From assembly GCF_963676685.1 (NCBI RefSeq), contig NC_092349.1, positions 43,276,001 to 43,340,000 on the forward strand: DNA of 64,000 bases, read 5' to 3'. Below the pieces are notes generated by a model. The model saw only the letters and a program-made list of their open reading frames with translations. It made no database searches and was not told the origin of the DNA. Both the position numbers and the translations under genes were made by a program. This DNA comes from Mytilus edulis (taxonomy: Eukaryota). This document shows positions 1 through 12,332 of the stretch, piece after piece. The first letter of the stretch is position 1. Each line of letters begins with the position of its first letter.

Positions 1-402
1 ACTATAAAATATCTGTCGGAAGGCTTAACTCAATCACAAAACGCAAATTAACACACAATAAACGAATAAGATGTTATTCGAATTGTTTTTCCGATAACGG
101 AGTCTATTATTACAAGCTAATTGCTACCATAGAGATAATAGAAGAGATATAAGAATATGTGCCATTACAACAACACTTTATAATCAGTTTCGATAACATA
201 TGGTAGGCATTTTTGAAGACAATTACAAATGTACCCTGCTACAGTTTAATCAGTTGTATGAATCAGTGAAATATATGTCAATTATAATGATAATGGTTAT
301 GTGTAATTATACGTAAAATCAGTTCTGTATTCCTTGTACAAGTAATGAAATAAGAAAAATAACACGTACTCTAAATAAAAAATCTTTCAATTGTTTTAAC
401 AG

Positions 403-3400
403 GATATACTAACCAAAGATACATTTATCAGTGACATCCGAAATGCTGGGAAAGACATGTTAGCCGTTGATGTCTTCGGTGCTGTTATAAATTATTTCAA
501 AAATCATTTGTTAAAAGACTTAACCTTACCAGGAAATCAGACTTTTGATAACGAATACGTTCATTGGGTGATCACAGTTCCAGCCATTTGGGACTATGAA
601 GCTCGACATTTCATGGCGGAAGCTGCAAAAAAGGTACTGCAAAGAATCATCTTACTTATTTCAAACGATCTTGTCTACAAATGCTTCATATTTAAATGTA
701 TGTACATTTTTGTTTAACAAGACTGCGTTGACGCAGATTTCAGTGATATTACCATTTTGTTTATGTCTAACTTCAGAAAATTTAGAACAAGGGCAGTTAC
801 CTGGATGTTCCAATGCAATTAAAAATAATAAATAAGTATTAGATTATTTTAGTATTTTATTTAGACATGGATAATAATGTGTGTAGTTTTCTAAGACCTT
901 GAGTTATACGGTTGAGTTTAAAGTAACTGGCTTCTTTGTAATGAATTTAGATTGTTTTTATACGACGTAAACACTATCTAATATAAAAAACTAAAGAATT
1001 AGGAATGCTCAATATAAAAAACAAAATTTTATAAATACATTGATGAGAATAGAGTATTATGGATAAACCCACATAAAGCTTATATAAATGGATCGATCTG
1101 CATTTTGATCCGGGTATCTATGATGAGTTTATCTACATAGTCTTATCCTAAACGAATAATAGAATTCGAAATTGTGAATTGATATAGAAAAATCAGGATT
1201 ATGATAATAGTCTTTGTAGAAATTAACTCAAATATTGGATTTATATCATTGTGTAAATCTTTAAAATGGGATTATAACCTATCGTAAAACCTTCGGAAAA
1301 ATGATGGGAAAATTTAACTGCTTGTTAAATTTGTTAAATGTAGACTGCTTATTTCTAAAGATTTATATTTAGGAGGTTTTGTCGCCATTTATGCCACTCA
1401 TTTTCTTATTTGTAATTAGTATTCGTTATTAATTTATATAATTATTGAAAAGCCTCCTGCAGTTTTGTTTTGTTTTTTTTTTGTTTGTTTTTGTTTTTGC
1501 TTTGTCTGTTTGTATTACCTTTACATCTTTTGTCAACTGCGAAGAATAAGTAAAATGCATTTCTACTATTTTTCAATTAATTACAGAAAAACAAGTGAAA
1601 CATTCTATTTAGAAAAAAAAAACTAATTTCGGGGGAGTGTTTTTTTTATGTTTAATTAAACATATTTAGAATGTTTAGAAACAGACAAGATAGTTGAACT
1701 ACATCCTGAACATGTATATCACATTCTTGTGATGTTTTTTTTTTTTTATATTTGAAAAAAAAATGACATTATTCAATCTAGATCTTATGGAAAGATACAT
1801 ATATGTAGTACAGTAGTAATATGTTATTTTTGGCCCGAACTTTGCTTCATATAGTAAAAGTAAAAATAGTCTGGAAGCTGTTGTTCAGTAACTGTTATTG
1901 TCGTTCGTCAATGTGGTTAATAAGTGTTTCTCGATCCATGTTTTTTATATAGATTCCGCCGTTGGTTTTCCTGTTTGAATAGTTTTACACTAATCATTTT
2001 AATTGCCCTTTTCTTGCTGTTCGATGTACACTAAAGCTTCGTGTTGAAAGCCGTACTTTGACCTATCATAGTTTACTGTTGTTAATTGTGACTTTGATGG
2101 AGAGTTGTCTAATAGGCGCTCATTCCATATCGTCTTATATTTATTTAGAAAGATTTGTCTATTTTACAGGTCATGTTTTTGTCACATAGCTATTTAATCT
2201 TTAGGTTCTTACACATCCTTTGCTAATACTACTTGATCTTGATAAGGAGTTAGAGGTATATATCATTTAAACATTCGAATGGTAAGCAAACAGTCTCCAA
2301 CAAGTGTATTCACTTTATATCCAGTCGTAAGTTAAAACAAAAGTGTATTTTCAGCAAGGGACCATATTCAACTGAATACGCGTTACTCTATATGCATGTC
2401 AAAAATGCATGAAAAACTCTTTTGAATATCATTGTAGGCTAATATAAAACTTGATCAGTTGACAATTGTTGCAGAACCCGAGGCCGCATCATTCTATTGT
2501 CGCACGGTACCAACTGAGGTCAAATCAACTTCATGTGGTAATAAACAAATAGCTTTAATGCAGAAAGGCTCACAGTATATCGTTTTGGATCAAGGAGGTA
2601 AGTTACAAACCGACAATACTTTATAAAAACAATGTGCACGCTTGGAGTAGGTTATGATTACTCTTGTTGATTAAGTTTGGTAAAGTTCATATTTCTTGGT
2701 TTTCTTTTAAAAAAAAAATCAATTTACCTCAATAAAAATTATTTCGATAAACAAATTGCGAATCGTTTTCTCAGTTTCAAAATTAAATATTAAGTCAGCT
2801 GAAATTCGTCGCAGTTATCGGTAGAAATAATCTAAACTATCAATCGCGCTCACTCGAGATGTAGTTTTCCACAGTCCATTCATAAATCGTCAAAACAAAA
2901 ACCACTTCTGACCTACCTTTTAAGTGATCGCACTGTAATAATTCTGACCTTCACATTTTCCAGAATGTTTTCCATTGTAATTCCGCCATTTTCGTTTCTA
3001 TGAGGATCCTTTTTTTACATATGAAATAAGTCACTTTCGGGGTTTCCAGTAATGTTCTTTTCATTTATGTGATAAAGTTTCCCGCGCTTTATGCAAATTT
3101 CATGAAATTGAACTCCACGGAAACACTTCCGGTAAAAACAATGGCGGATTCCACCATTCAAAATCGTGTTGCAAAATGTGAAGGTCAGGATTATCACAGT
3201 GCAATCACTTAAAAGTTAGGTCAGTAGTGGTTTTTCTTTTGGCAATTTATGAATGAAATGTGAAAAACTATATCACGAGTGAACGTGGTTGACAGTTTAG
3301 ATTATTTTTACCGATAACCGCTACGAATTTCAACTGACGGCGACTTTAGTGTTTAAAATTTGTTATCAATATATTTTGAGGTTTTCGTCCTGTCACTTCA

Positions 3401-4788
3401 AGTTAACACCGTGAGACTAAACTATATATTTATCAAAAGAAAATTTTCTAAACCTGGAGAAAAACAAACATATAATTGATTATTTTATTTTTTTTATTTT
3501 TACTGAACAATTTGACTCACAACGAGAAAAAAAACAAACTAATTGCACTTGTTCTGGCAGTTGTATCTAATAGATATTGACAGTTTTGTCGTATAATAAA
3601 TATATAAATATATTCTGTCAGTTTGGTCCAAGAAAAGATTTTAACAGTCATACCCTAAAGCTACTAATTGTAATCCTATAAGTGACATCATCTTTGTGTT
3701 ATATTTCTTTTGGCGTAAAAATTTGGAGTGTTGTGTATAAATAGGGGAGACGAAGCTATTAACAAATTGCATTAACTGTTGGAGGTTTTTTTTTATTGTT
3801 TAATTTGAAGGATTAATTTTGTTGGAAGGGGAGTATGTTTGGATCTCCAACTGCTCACTAATAATTTTTAATTCTACTAAAAGAGGGACGAAAGATACCA
3901 AAGGGACAGTCAAACTCATAAATCTAAAACAAACTGACAACGCCATGGCTAAAAATGAAAAAGACAAACAGAAAAACAATAGTATACATGACACAACATA
4001 GAAAACTAAAGAATAAACAACACGAACCCCACCAAAAACTAGGGGTGATCTCAGGTGCTCCGGAAGGGTAAGTCGTATGTTCCTTTGATGGTCAATATAG
4101 AACCAATTTGACGGAATTATTTTCTGAATTTTTAGGCGGAACTACAGACATTATTGTTCATGAAGTTAAAGGTCCTGATACCCTTCAAGAAATACATCAC
4201 CCTTTTGGAGGTTGTTATGGAGGAAATACAGTAAATGAACAGTTTGTTTCATTTCTTGACAAAATATTTGGTGAAGACGTTGTGCAGCATATTCGTAAAA
4301 ACTATCCATCCGAATATTTTGACTTGCTGTCAGAATTTGAAAATAAGAAGACGTCCTTCAGTGGAGAAAACAGTGATGACATTTCTGTTCGTTTACCTTT
4401 GAAATGGCTTACTTGCTTTCAGGAAAAAACAGAGAGATCAATATCCGAAGAAGTAAAAAAGCCAACATTAAAGAATAAGGTCTCTGTTAGAAATGACAAG
4501 ATGCGAATCAAACACGATGTGTTTCTGTCATTTTTTGAATATTCAATTAAGAAAGTTTTGGAAATTTTAGAAAAACTTTTAAAAAAGCCACATATTAGAA
4601 ATATTGATTTACTTCTGGCTGTAGGGGGTTACTGTGAATCGATGTTTCTAATCAATGCCATAAGACAAAGATTTCCAAAGCTTAATGTTATCCAGCCAAA
4701 GGATCCATCTCTCGCTGTATTGAAAGGTGCAGTTTTGTATGGTTTTAAATCACACACTGTTAGCCGGCTAGCATCACATTATTGTTAA
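403..4788 (+). CDS. HSPA12: Heat shock 70 kDa protein 12-like (HSPA12 family), 3' exons only; 5' part lies outside the window
   Basis: Exons 403-633, 2438-2597 and 4136-4788 have AG/GT boundaries in compatible phases. Motifs WVITVPAIW..ARHFMAEAA, EPEAASFYC, spliced VLDQG|GGTTD, GGCYGGNTVN, LAVGGYCES and LAVLKGAVLYG are typical of the HSPA12 ATPase domain. Stop at 4786-4788. Confidence 0.9.
2783..3356. mobile_element. Foldback/MITE-like element with ~175-bp imperfect inverted arms, in an HSPA12 intron
   Basis: 2794-2970 (gtcagctgaaattcgtcgcagttatcgg...ctgaccttcacatttt) is the imperfect reverse complement of ~3165-3338 (aaaatgtgaaggtcag...ccgataaccgctacgaatttcaactgac). Confidence 0.8.
3881..4072 (+). 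repeat. Dispersed repeat family B (~190 bp)
   Basis: Near-identical reverse-complement copy at ~12153-12332. Fragments at ~39480-39550, ~40790-40860 and ~51325-51450. Confidence 0.85.
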
Positions 4789-4850
4789 AAATAAATGAAA
4801 TTGATTAACTTAAATTGTAATGTCCTCCCTTGGGTGGACCAATAGACCTA

Positions 4851-6169
4851 CATATGGTAAATTCTGGAATAATCTATTAACTTTCACTTAATCTTAATTC
4901 TCAACAGATGATTTTGTGTGAAGGTCAATTTTGTAGTATCAAATCTTGACAAAAATGGTTATATTTTAATTCGCTATACGTCTTTTCAATCACATTTAGC
5001 AACGGACTTAATACTCAGGGCCATGTATGACCTTTATAGAATTTTATAGAAGTACTATAAATAAACATTCATTTGTTATCCATGAATTTAATTTATATAA
5101 TTTTTATATACTACTATTATTATCTATTATCAAGTGTTATTAATGGTTAGTTAATTTATCTTGTAACTGACACTTCCTGTCTAACTCGGAACTTAACATA
5201 GAAACTAGTATGCTGATCTTTAGCTCGTTTTATTTTTAAGGAAAAGGTTTCCATTACAAATACCTTTTGTGATTGAAAACATTCTACGGTTTGTTGACAC
5301 GAACTGGAATGTGTAAAGATGACAAAAATATAACAAAACTCTTGTATTTTGTTTCATATGATAGATATAAAAGGATGTGGTATGCGTGGCAATGAGACAA
5401 CTCTCCATCCAAGTCACAATTTGTAAAAGTAAACTATTATAGGCCAATGTCTGTATTCAATACAGAACTTTGGCTCACATCGAACAGCAATCTATATAGG
5501 GTCCCCAAAAAATACTATTGCAAAACCATTCATAACAGATCAAACGGTCTAATCTATATAAAAAAAAACGAAAGACGAGAATTACTTATGAACCACATCA
5601 ACAAACGACAACCATTGAACAATCGGTTCCTGACCTAAGTCAGATGCAAACAAATGCAGCGGGTTTAAACGTTTTTATAGTTACCAACCTTCACCCTTAT
5701 CTGAAAAGATAGTGTAACATCACAACATAAAAGGACACACTATAAAATATCAATTGAAATGGCTTAACTCAATCAAAAGACATATTAATACAAACAAGTG
5801 AATATACACTGAACAACTAAATTTGATCTAGGACAGAATGTAAAGACAAAATCAATAAAATAAAATAAAGGTTGACGCATTAAACATGTTAAATAGAAAC
5901 AGATATAAAAATGTATTACATTTTTGCCTCAAAAGACAAGAGTGTTACAAACATAAATATATGTTAGGACATAGTTGTTGGTAAAGGGGAAAGTATATGA
6001 GAATAAGAATAAGAATACTTTATTAATCCAATTATAGACCTGGAATAGAATATGGTAAATTCTGGAATAATTTATCAACTTTCACTTAATCTTAATTCTC
6101 AACAGATGATTTTGTGTGAATGTCAATTTTGTAGTATCAAACTTGACAAAAATGGTTATATTTCAATTC
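4851..6169 (+). repeat. Pair of ~120-bp direct repeats (4851-4971 and 6050-6169)
   Basis: atatggtaaattctggaataat...gacaaaaatggttatattt occurs twice with a few substitutions. Confidence 0.85.
5370..5790 (+). repeat. Dispersed repeat family A (gatgtggtatg..ccaatgagacaactctcc...aaacgacaacca)
   Basis: Related copies at ~13978-14260 (+), ~55735-55975 (+), ~1870-2140 (-), ~13670-13970 (-) and ~26320-26510 (-). Confidence 0.75.
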
Positions 6170-7595
6170 CACGGGTTTTAAATTTCATACAATGATTACA
6201 ATGATTTGTTTTATAACAATGAAATAATAAAATGAAATACATCACAATAGAATACTGAACAGTTATTGCCTGCACATGGAAGTGAAAGTAATATGGAAGA
6301 CAATCTGTTTCTTTAAGGATTATTCCCCTTTTAATAGATATGGTGTTTTGAGCTGCATAAAAATGAAATGCAGCCCCAACTGATTAGATATAAGGGTATT
6401 TTTCTCCCATGTACACACAGCACCAATTACTAGATATTTATGTATATAATTTTATTTTGTTTACAATTGCAAGAATATGATAAGCACGTTAGAGATTTGA
6501 CTGCAGTTTATTAATGCATATATAAGCATTTACATATTAATAGATGAAATATGCATACACGTAGATGGAGAAATGTGAATTTAAATTTAATTTTTTGAAT
6601 TTAAAGTATATATATATTACTTTATAATCAGTTATGGACTTCAGAAGTGAACTAACATTCAATTGTTTCCATATTTTTTGTTATCTTTCGTGAATTATTT
6701 TATGGAGGGAGGTAGTAAATAGGCATATTTAACTTGTTGATCAATTCCAAAAAGTAACGATTTTTGCTATGCAAATATCATTAAAAAAATGCAATAAAAA
6801 AAATACTGAAATGCAATTCAAGCTAGACAAAGAAGAGAAAATGTATGGCTCATTGTTTAAAGGTCTAACCAAAAGGCCGTTTAACACCTATGACAAAAAC
6901 GAAAAAAACAATAAACAAAGACATTGATTACACTAGGCAGATAATATTGTTAGACTATGAATTAAAGGTTTTTTCCCGTTAGATCCCGTTAATCAATAGA
7001 TTACTTTTATAATGTGACATACATGTTAGTAAAAATCAATAAATGAATGAAACGAGAATATTAAGGAAACTGAATATAAAGACTGTGGTTAGTAAGAACG
7101 TCACCATTATATATATAATATTGATCGTTGACTATTTATTCAGTCATTTTATATATATATATATATTGCATATATAAAACAAAAAGTTGAATGTGTTTCA
7201 TCTTATTGTGTGATGCATAGGTTTTTTGTGTTTCATCTTATTGTGTGATGCATAGGTTTTTTTTATGTACAGTCTTAATTAAAAAAAAAAGAAAATAAAC
7301 AGAGAGTGGCAATTAAGTTACAGGATAGTTTATCGTTGTATAAAGCTCATCCATTACGTTTCATCTGCAAACCTCTCGATAAAAACCACCTGCAGGAATT
7401 GAGACGGATCGATACTAGTTGTATTAACCGCGTATAGTCTCCATTCATATATGCTTTTTTTCTACAATGCAACTCGACACTCGGATCACAATTATATCAT
7501 AACAAAAAATTATCACATAACCTTCAGATTTCGTATTCAAATACAAACCTGATTGACGGCTTAAACAAACAGAAACTGCTATTGTGAATTACATA

Positions 7596-7769
7596 AGCCG
7601 TATTTGGCACAACTTTTGGGAATTTTGAATCCTCAATGCTCCTCAATGCTCTTCAATTTTGTACTTGTTTGGCTTTATAAATATTTTGATATGAGCATCA
7701 CTGATGAGTTTTATGTAGACGAAACGCGCGTCTGGCGTATTAATTATCATCCTGGTACCTTTGATAACT
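7596..7769 (+). repeat. ~170-nt hammerhead-containing dispersed repeat, copy 1
   Basis: Near-identical to 34536-34700 from agccgtatttggcacaac to ctttgataact. Confidence 0.85.
7695..7738 (+). ncRNA. Minimal type I hammerhead ribozyme with one helix I mismatch
   Basis: gcatca-CTGATGA-gttt/tatgt/agac-GAAAC-gcgc-GTC-tggcgt. Full catalytic core; predicted cleavage after 7732. Confidence 0.75.
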
Positions 7770-10700
7770 GTCACATTTCATTCAAAACTATCATAATGTA
7801 AATGCAAGCGAACTAAACTGAATGATTAGTTGCCTTTATGTACATTTACCTGCAGTCTAATATTTTGCACGTAGAAAAGCAATGCATGCAACACATAAAT
7901 GCTTTTATGAAAATACCGAAATCTAAGGTAAGACAAAGAAAGGTCTCTCATCAAACCACAAAAATTTGAAAAAAAGTATACCAAATACCGAACTCCAAGG
8001 CAAATTCCAAAAAAGGGAAATACATAAAATTAATGAAAACGAACAAAATCAAACAATATCAGTCAATAGAACAAGTAAAAAACAACTGCCAGATTTCTGA
8101 CTTGGTACTGGCATTTTCTGAACAAAATGCAGATCTAAACCCGGTTTTAATGCTCCCTAAACCGCACACTTGTATGACAGTTGGTTGTACTTCCGTTATA
8201 TTGACAACTTTAAGTGAGTAACAAAGTACACAAGCCAACATACTAGGGTAATGTGACAATAATAAACATACACCGCAAATTTGCCACACAAATGACTGAC
8301 AAATCTATACAAACATAAAAATACATCTAACAAAGACGCAAACAATAAAGGAGTAGATCGTAGCATTGGACAATTATGTAATAATGGGTTATATAGAATT
8401 TCTAGACAGCTTGATGGTTAAAGTTATGTATATATTAATACAAAGGTAAATAAAATAGAAACAACACTTTAAAAAAAATGTGCGTCCCAATCGCACCTCC
8501 GAAGACACATGCATTAAAGTTTCTTTAGTAAAAAGCCTAAACCCCGAGAATATTGATAAAGAATTGCACAAAAACTCCTTATTTTGGGGTTATTTTTTCA
8601 ATTTGATATGTGCCCTTGTTGAAAAAGTGTTTATGATTTGACTAAGAGGTTCGCTAAAATTAAGATAGCTCTGCAAATATGTATATATTGAACCGTACGA
8701 ATGTCATAACAAATGCGCAAAAAGAAGAAAACGTTCCGCTAATTATGAAATATGATTCAAATTGAGATGTGAAATTTCAAAATAGAATAGTGATTTGTTT
8801 CGATTCATATCAGATCTCTTTGATGTCCATGAAAAAAAGGCTACCTCATTTTCAAAGAGGCCGACATTGTTGAATCTAATGATTATCGATTTTTAGCTAT
8901 GAACCAACATTCGTGACAAACAAGTATGTACGATAAACATATTTTGATAATTAAGTTAATATCTTCCTTTGACTTTGACAAATCTATGAAATGTATACCT
9001 GGTTTAATTTTAAAAATCAAAAGCTTTCATCAGAGACATATATACACATTGAATTTGAAGCAGAAGTGATACAGTGGCAGTTGTGCAGATGGATACAAAA
9101 GCAAATAAATTTCTTGTGTGTTCAACTTCATTTGTCTTCTTTATGTTTACAAAGTATACATGTACATAGTTTTTACATACATGTAGTATGATTGCTAATG
9201 AGACATGATTTACATGTATGACTATCATTGGAAGGCTACTCTATAAATATATCTTTGTACATCAGGAGAATGGAAAATGCTATCTTTTGTAGCATAAAGG
9301 TAGCATAATGTAAAAAAAAGAGAAACTGTTAATTTATCCAACAACGCCCCTGTGAATATATATCTTGACAGTACTAAATAGCAAAATATTTCGTTTCACA
9401 AATTCCTTCCTCACCATGGAAAGTAACATATTTAATTGTTCACATGAAATGACAAAATGTGTAGAAAAAGAAGCAAGAAATGTTCACTCTACTACTGTAC
9501 ACTAGTCACCCACATTGGTCACCATCTATGTTTGTTTCAGTCCTTTAACAAATTGTCAATGGTGCTTATTTATATTTATCTGTTGTGTTGTGTTGTTTCA
9601 GTTTTACATGTCCTCATTCTGTAATCACTATTTCACCACTCCTGTTTAAACTTTTGAAAAAATGTTTATGCTAATATTTTCTGCAAGGCACAGATGCTAT
9701 GACTAAACTGAAATGTGAGGTTTATGTCAATGAGACAACAACACAACGACAAAAATATTCTTTGCACATCTATGAATGTTTAAGAATTCTTGTGGAGGTC
9801 AAAAGCACATAATGTGTACTTATATATCCATGACCTGGTACATGTATGTACCTATTGATGCATTCCGTCCTAAACATTATAAGTTGTGTGAAGAGACCAA
9901 GCAGTTTATATGCTTATAAAAAAAACTGATTTTATAATGAATTTCTGTATAATAAATTCCGGGAATGAGACTATTTTATTTAAAACAGATGAGATATTAG
10001 TAAAGGTTTAAACAGAAGCAGGAGATGTCTAGGGGCAATACAAAAGGTACAAGGTCGTGTAACACAGAGGAAAAAATAACAAATGAAAAGAAAGAAAAAA
10101 AAAACAACCCCCATAGCACTGCACCGAAAATTACCTTGAACAACATAAACCCACAAAAGATCAGATAAAACTTGTGCACAATTTTAAATCTTTCTAATTT
10201 CAAACTCAAGTTTCACTACCTGATAGGAAAGAGTAAAGAGAAGAATGTTGCAGTACTCCGGTGGTCTATGAAACAAAACATTAAAATTCTACAGTTCAGC
10301 AGAGCATTTTACTGTACTTATGATACAAATTGTTTTTAATCAGAGTCCGTGATATTAAGTCTTAAAAAAAAAAACTACAAATAATGACAGATTCATATTC
10401 AATATTTCATGGCAGCAAAAATAGTGATTTTGACAACACTATAATGTACGTTCATTTAGGAAATTTATGCAAAGGTTCTATAAATAATTTTATTTTAGGT
10501 CAATCAACAATTAAAAAGTATAATTAAATTAAAACAGATTTAAAATCAGTTTCTCACGAGACAAATTTCTACTCGCTACATATTTTTTTTATATATATGA
10601 AAAAGTTGCTTCATTTCTTTTCTTGTCATGTTAAATGACTATTTTTGTTTTCCTGATTGAATACTATAGTATTGTCCTGGGGTCTGTTGTTCAACTTGTC

Positions 10701-11521
10701 GTTAGGGCTAACGCGTCGTTAAAATTTCTTAATCATTCGATTAAAATTAATCATATGATTAGTGTGTTGTTCAACTTGTCGTTAATTTTAACGCTGTGTT
10801 AAAAATGCTAAAACTGTCGTTAAACTTAATCCACCTCTTTGAAGTGTATTAAATTTTAATCATATGATTAAAGCATCCAAGATGGCTGCTGTATCAATGC
10901 AAAAATTAGTTTATCCTCGAAATATGAGGCGTTTAAGAGATATTTAGCTCCGGGAAAGAGATTTCAGCCATAAAATACCTTAATATTTGAAAGAAACACA
11001 ATATAGTTGCTAGGAGTTGAGTTGAAACATAAATTGGAAAGAGATTTGACAAGATGGGGCGAAGGATCGGACGCACTCATACAATGGGCATTTGATAACA
11101 GAGAGAAATTGCACATTTCGGCTGTTTTTCGTTTGTATTTTACCGCTCAGTGACAGTGTTGATTACAAAAAACTAAACGTACGCTGAGACGGGCCACATG
11201 TTATTGTGCGGAACCATTCAGCAAATTATGACGAACAGCCTTCATAAATAAATAATGTTACCATAGCATTAATGTACAGGCCATAATTGATTTTCAAAGC
11301 AAGTCTTTGCTAATTTCCCCATTTTCGAAGTTCAAATATTAGAACTTTCAGTTTCAGTAGCGCCCTTGACCTAGTCCTAACTGTTTACGCAGGTAAATTA
11401 TGATGGGTGAATTCGTCCCCGTATATCTCGGACCTTACGATTTTTATCTTTACACGGAGTTTTTAAACAGTGTATATTGTTTTCCCATTTAGTAAAGCTT
11501 ATGAGCTATGAGGATCCAAAT

Positions 11522-11674
11522 CATGGGTGGATCCAGCCATTTTGGGGGGTTCCAACGTAGCCCAGATTAAAAGGGTTGTTTCAAACCTCACGTCGCCTTT
11601 CAAAAACTTTGATTGTCAAATAAAAGGGGGATTCAAACCCCCGGACTCCCCCTTAGGCCTAGGATCCGCAACTG
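11522..11674. mobile_element. Small MITE with imperfect ggatcc-containing inverted ends, nested in the Harbinger-like relic
   Basis: catgggtggatcc...ggatccgcaactg. The ends resemble those of 56837-56987. Confidence 0.55.
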
Positions 11675-12152
11675 CAAATATTTATAATGAAAATATACTG
11701 CCATCAGTGTTTAATATTACTGATTAGGTATTAAGAGACTGAGTCAATAAAATGTCTCATATTTTTTATCTGACACAATATACAAAAACAAGCACCTGTT
11801 AATATTAAGAATCTAGGAAATCTCATATTCGAGTGTCAGATATATTTCAAAAGAAGTATTATACCACCATTGGGAGAGAGGTACAACAATGTATGATTTA
11901 TGTGACTAGTGCTTGTTTTTCCAGATCATCACAGAATATATCTTTGATTTTTTTTAACTTCCAACTCATCTATAGATGCTTCTCTGGTTAGTCCGAGTAA
12001 GAAATGATAAGTATAAATGATCATAAATTGCATCAATATTAAAAAATAAAGAGCATGCAAATATCTCATAGAGCAAAAAACACGGATAATTTATATTGAC
12101 CATTTGTTATATGGTTGTGGTCTTCAGTGGCGACACGTACATGCAGGTCATG

Positions 12153-12332
12153 TTCCGGAGCACCTGAGATAACCCCTAGTTTTTGATGGGGTTCGTGTTG
12201 CTTATTCTTCAGTTTTCTATGTTGTGTGTGCTATTGTTGTCTGTTTGTCTTTTTCATTTTTGGCCATGGCGTTGTCAGTTTATTTTCGATTTATGAGTTT
12301 GACTGTCCCTTTGGTATCTTTCGTCCCTCTTT
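12153..12332 (-). repeat. Dispersed repeat family B, nested in the Harbinger-like relic
   Basis: Reverse complement of 3881-4065. Confidence 0.85.

Noticed and set aside
3800-4001. Short ORFs sharing the peptide RGTKDTKGTVKLIN with 12280-12552
   Set aside because: They come from non-coding dispersed repeat family B.
7193-7262. 2 x 35-bp tandem duplication
   Set aside because: An ordinary slippage-type duplication with no further structure.
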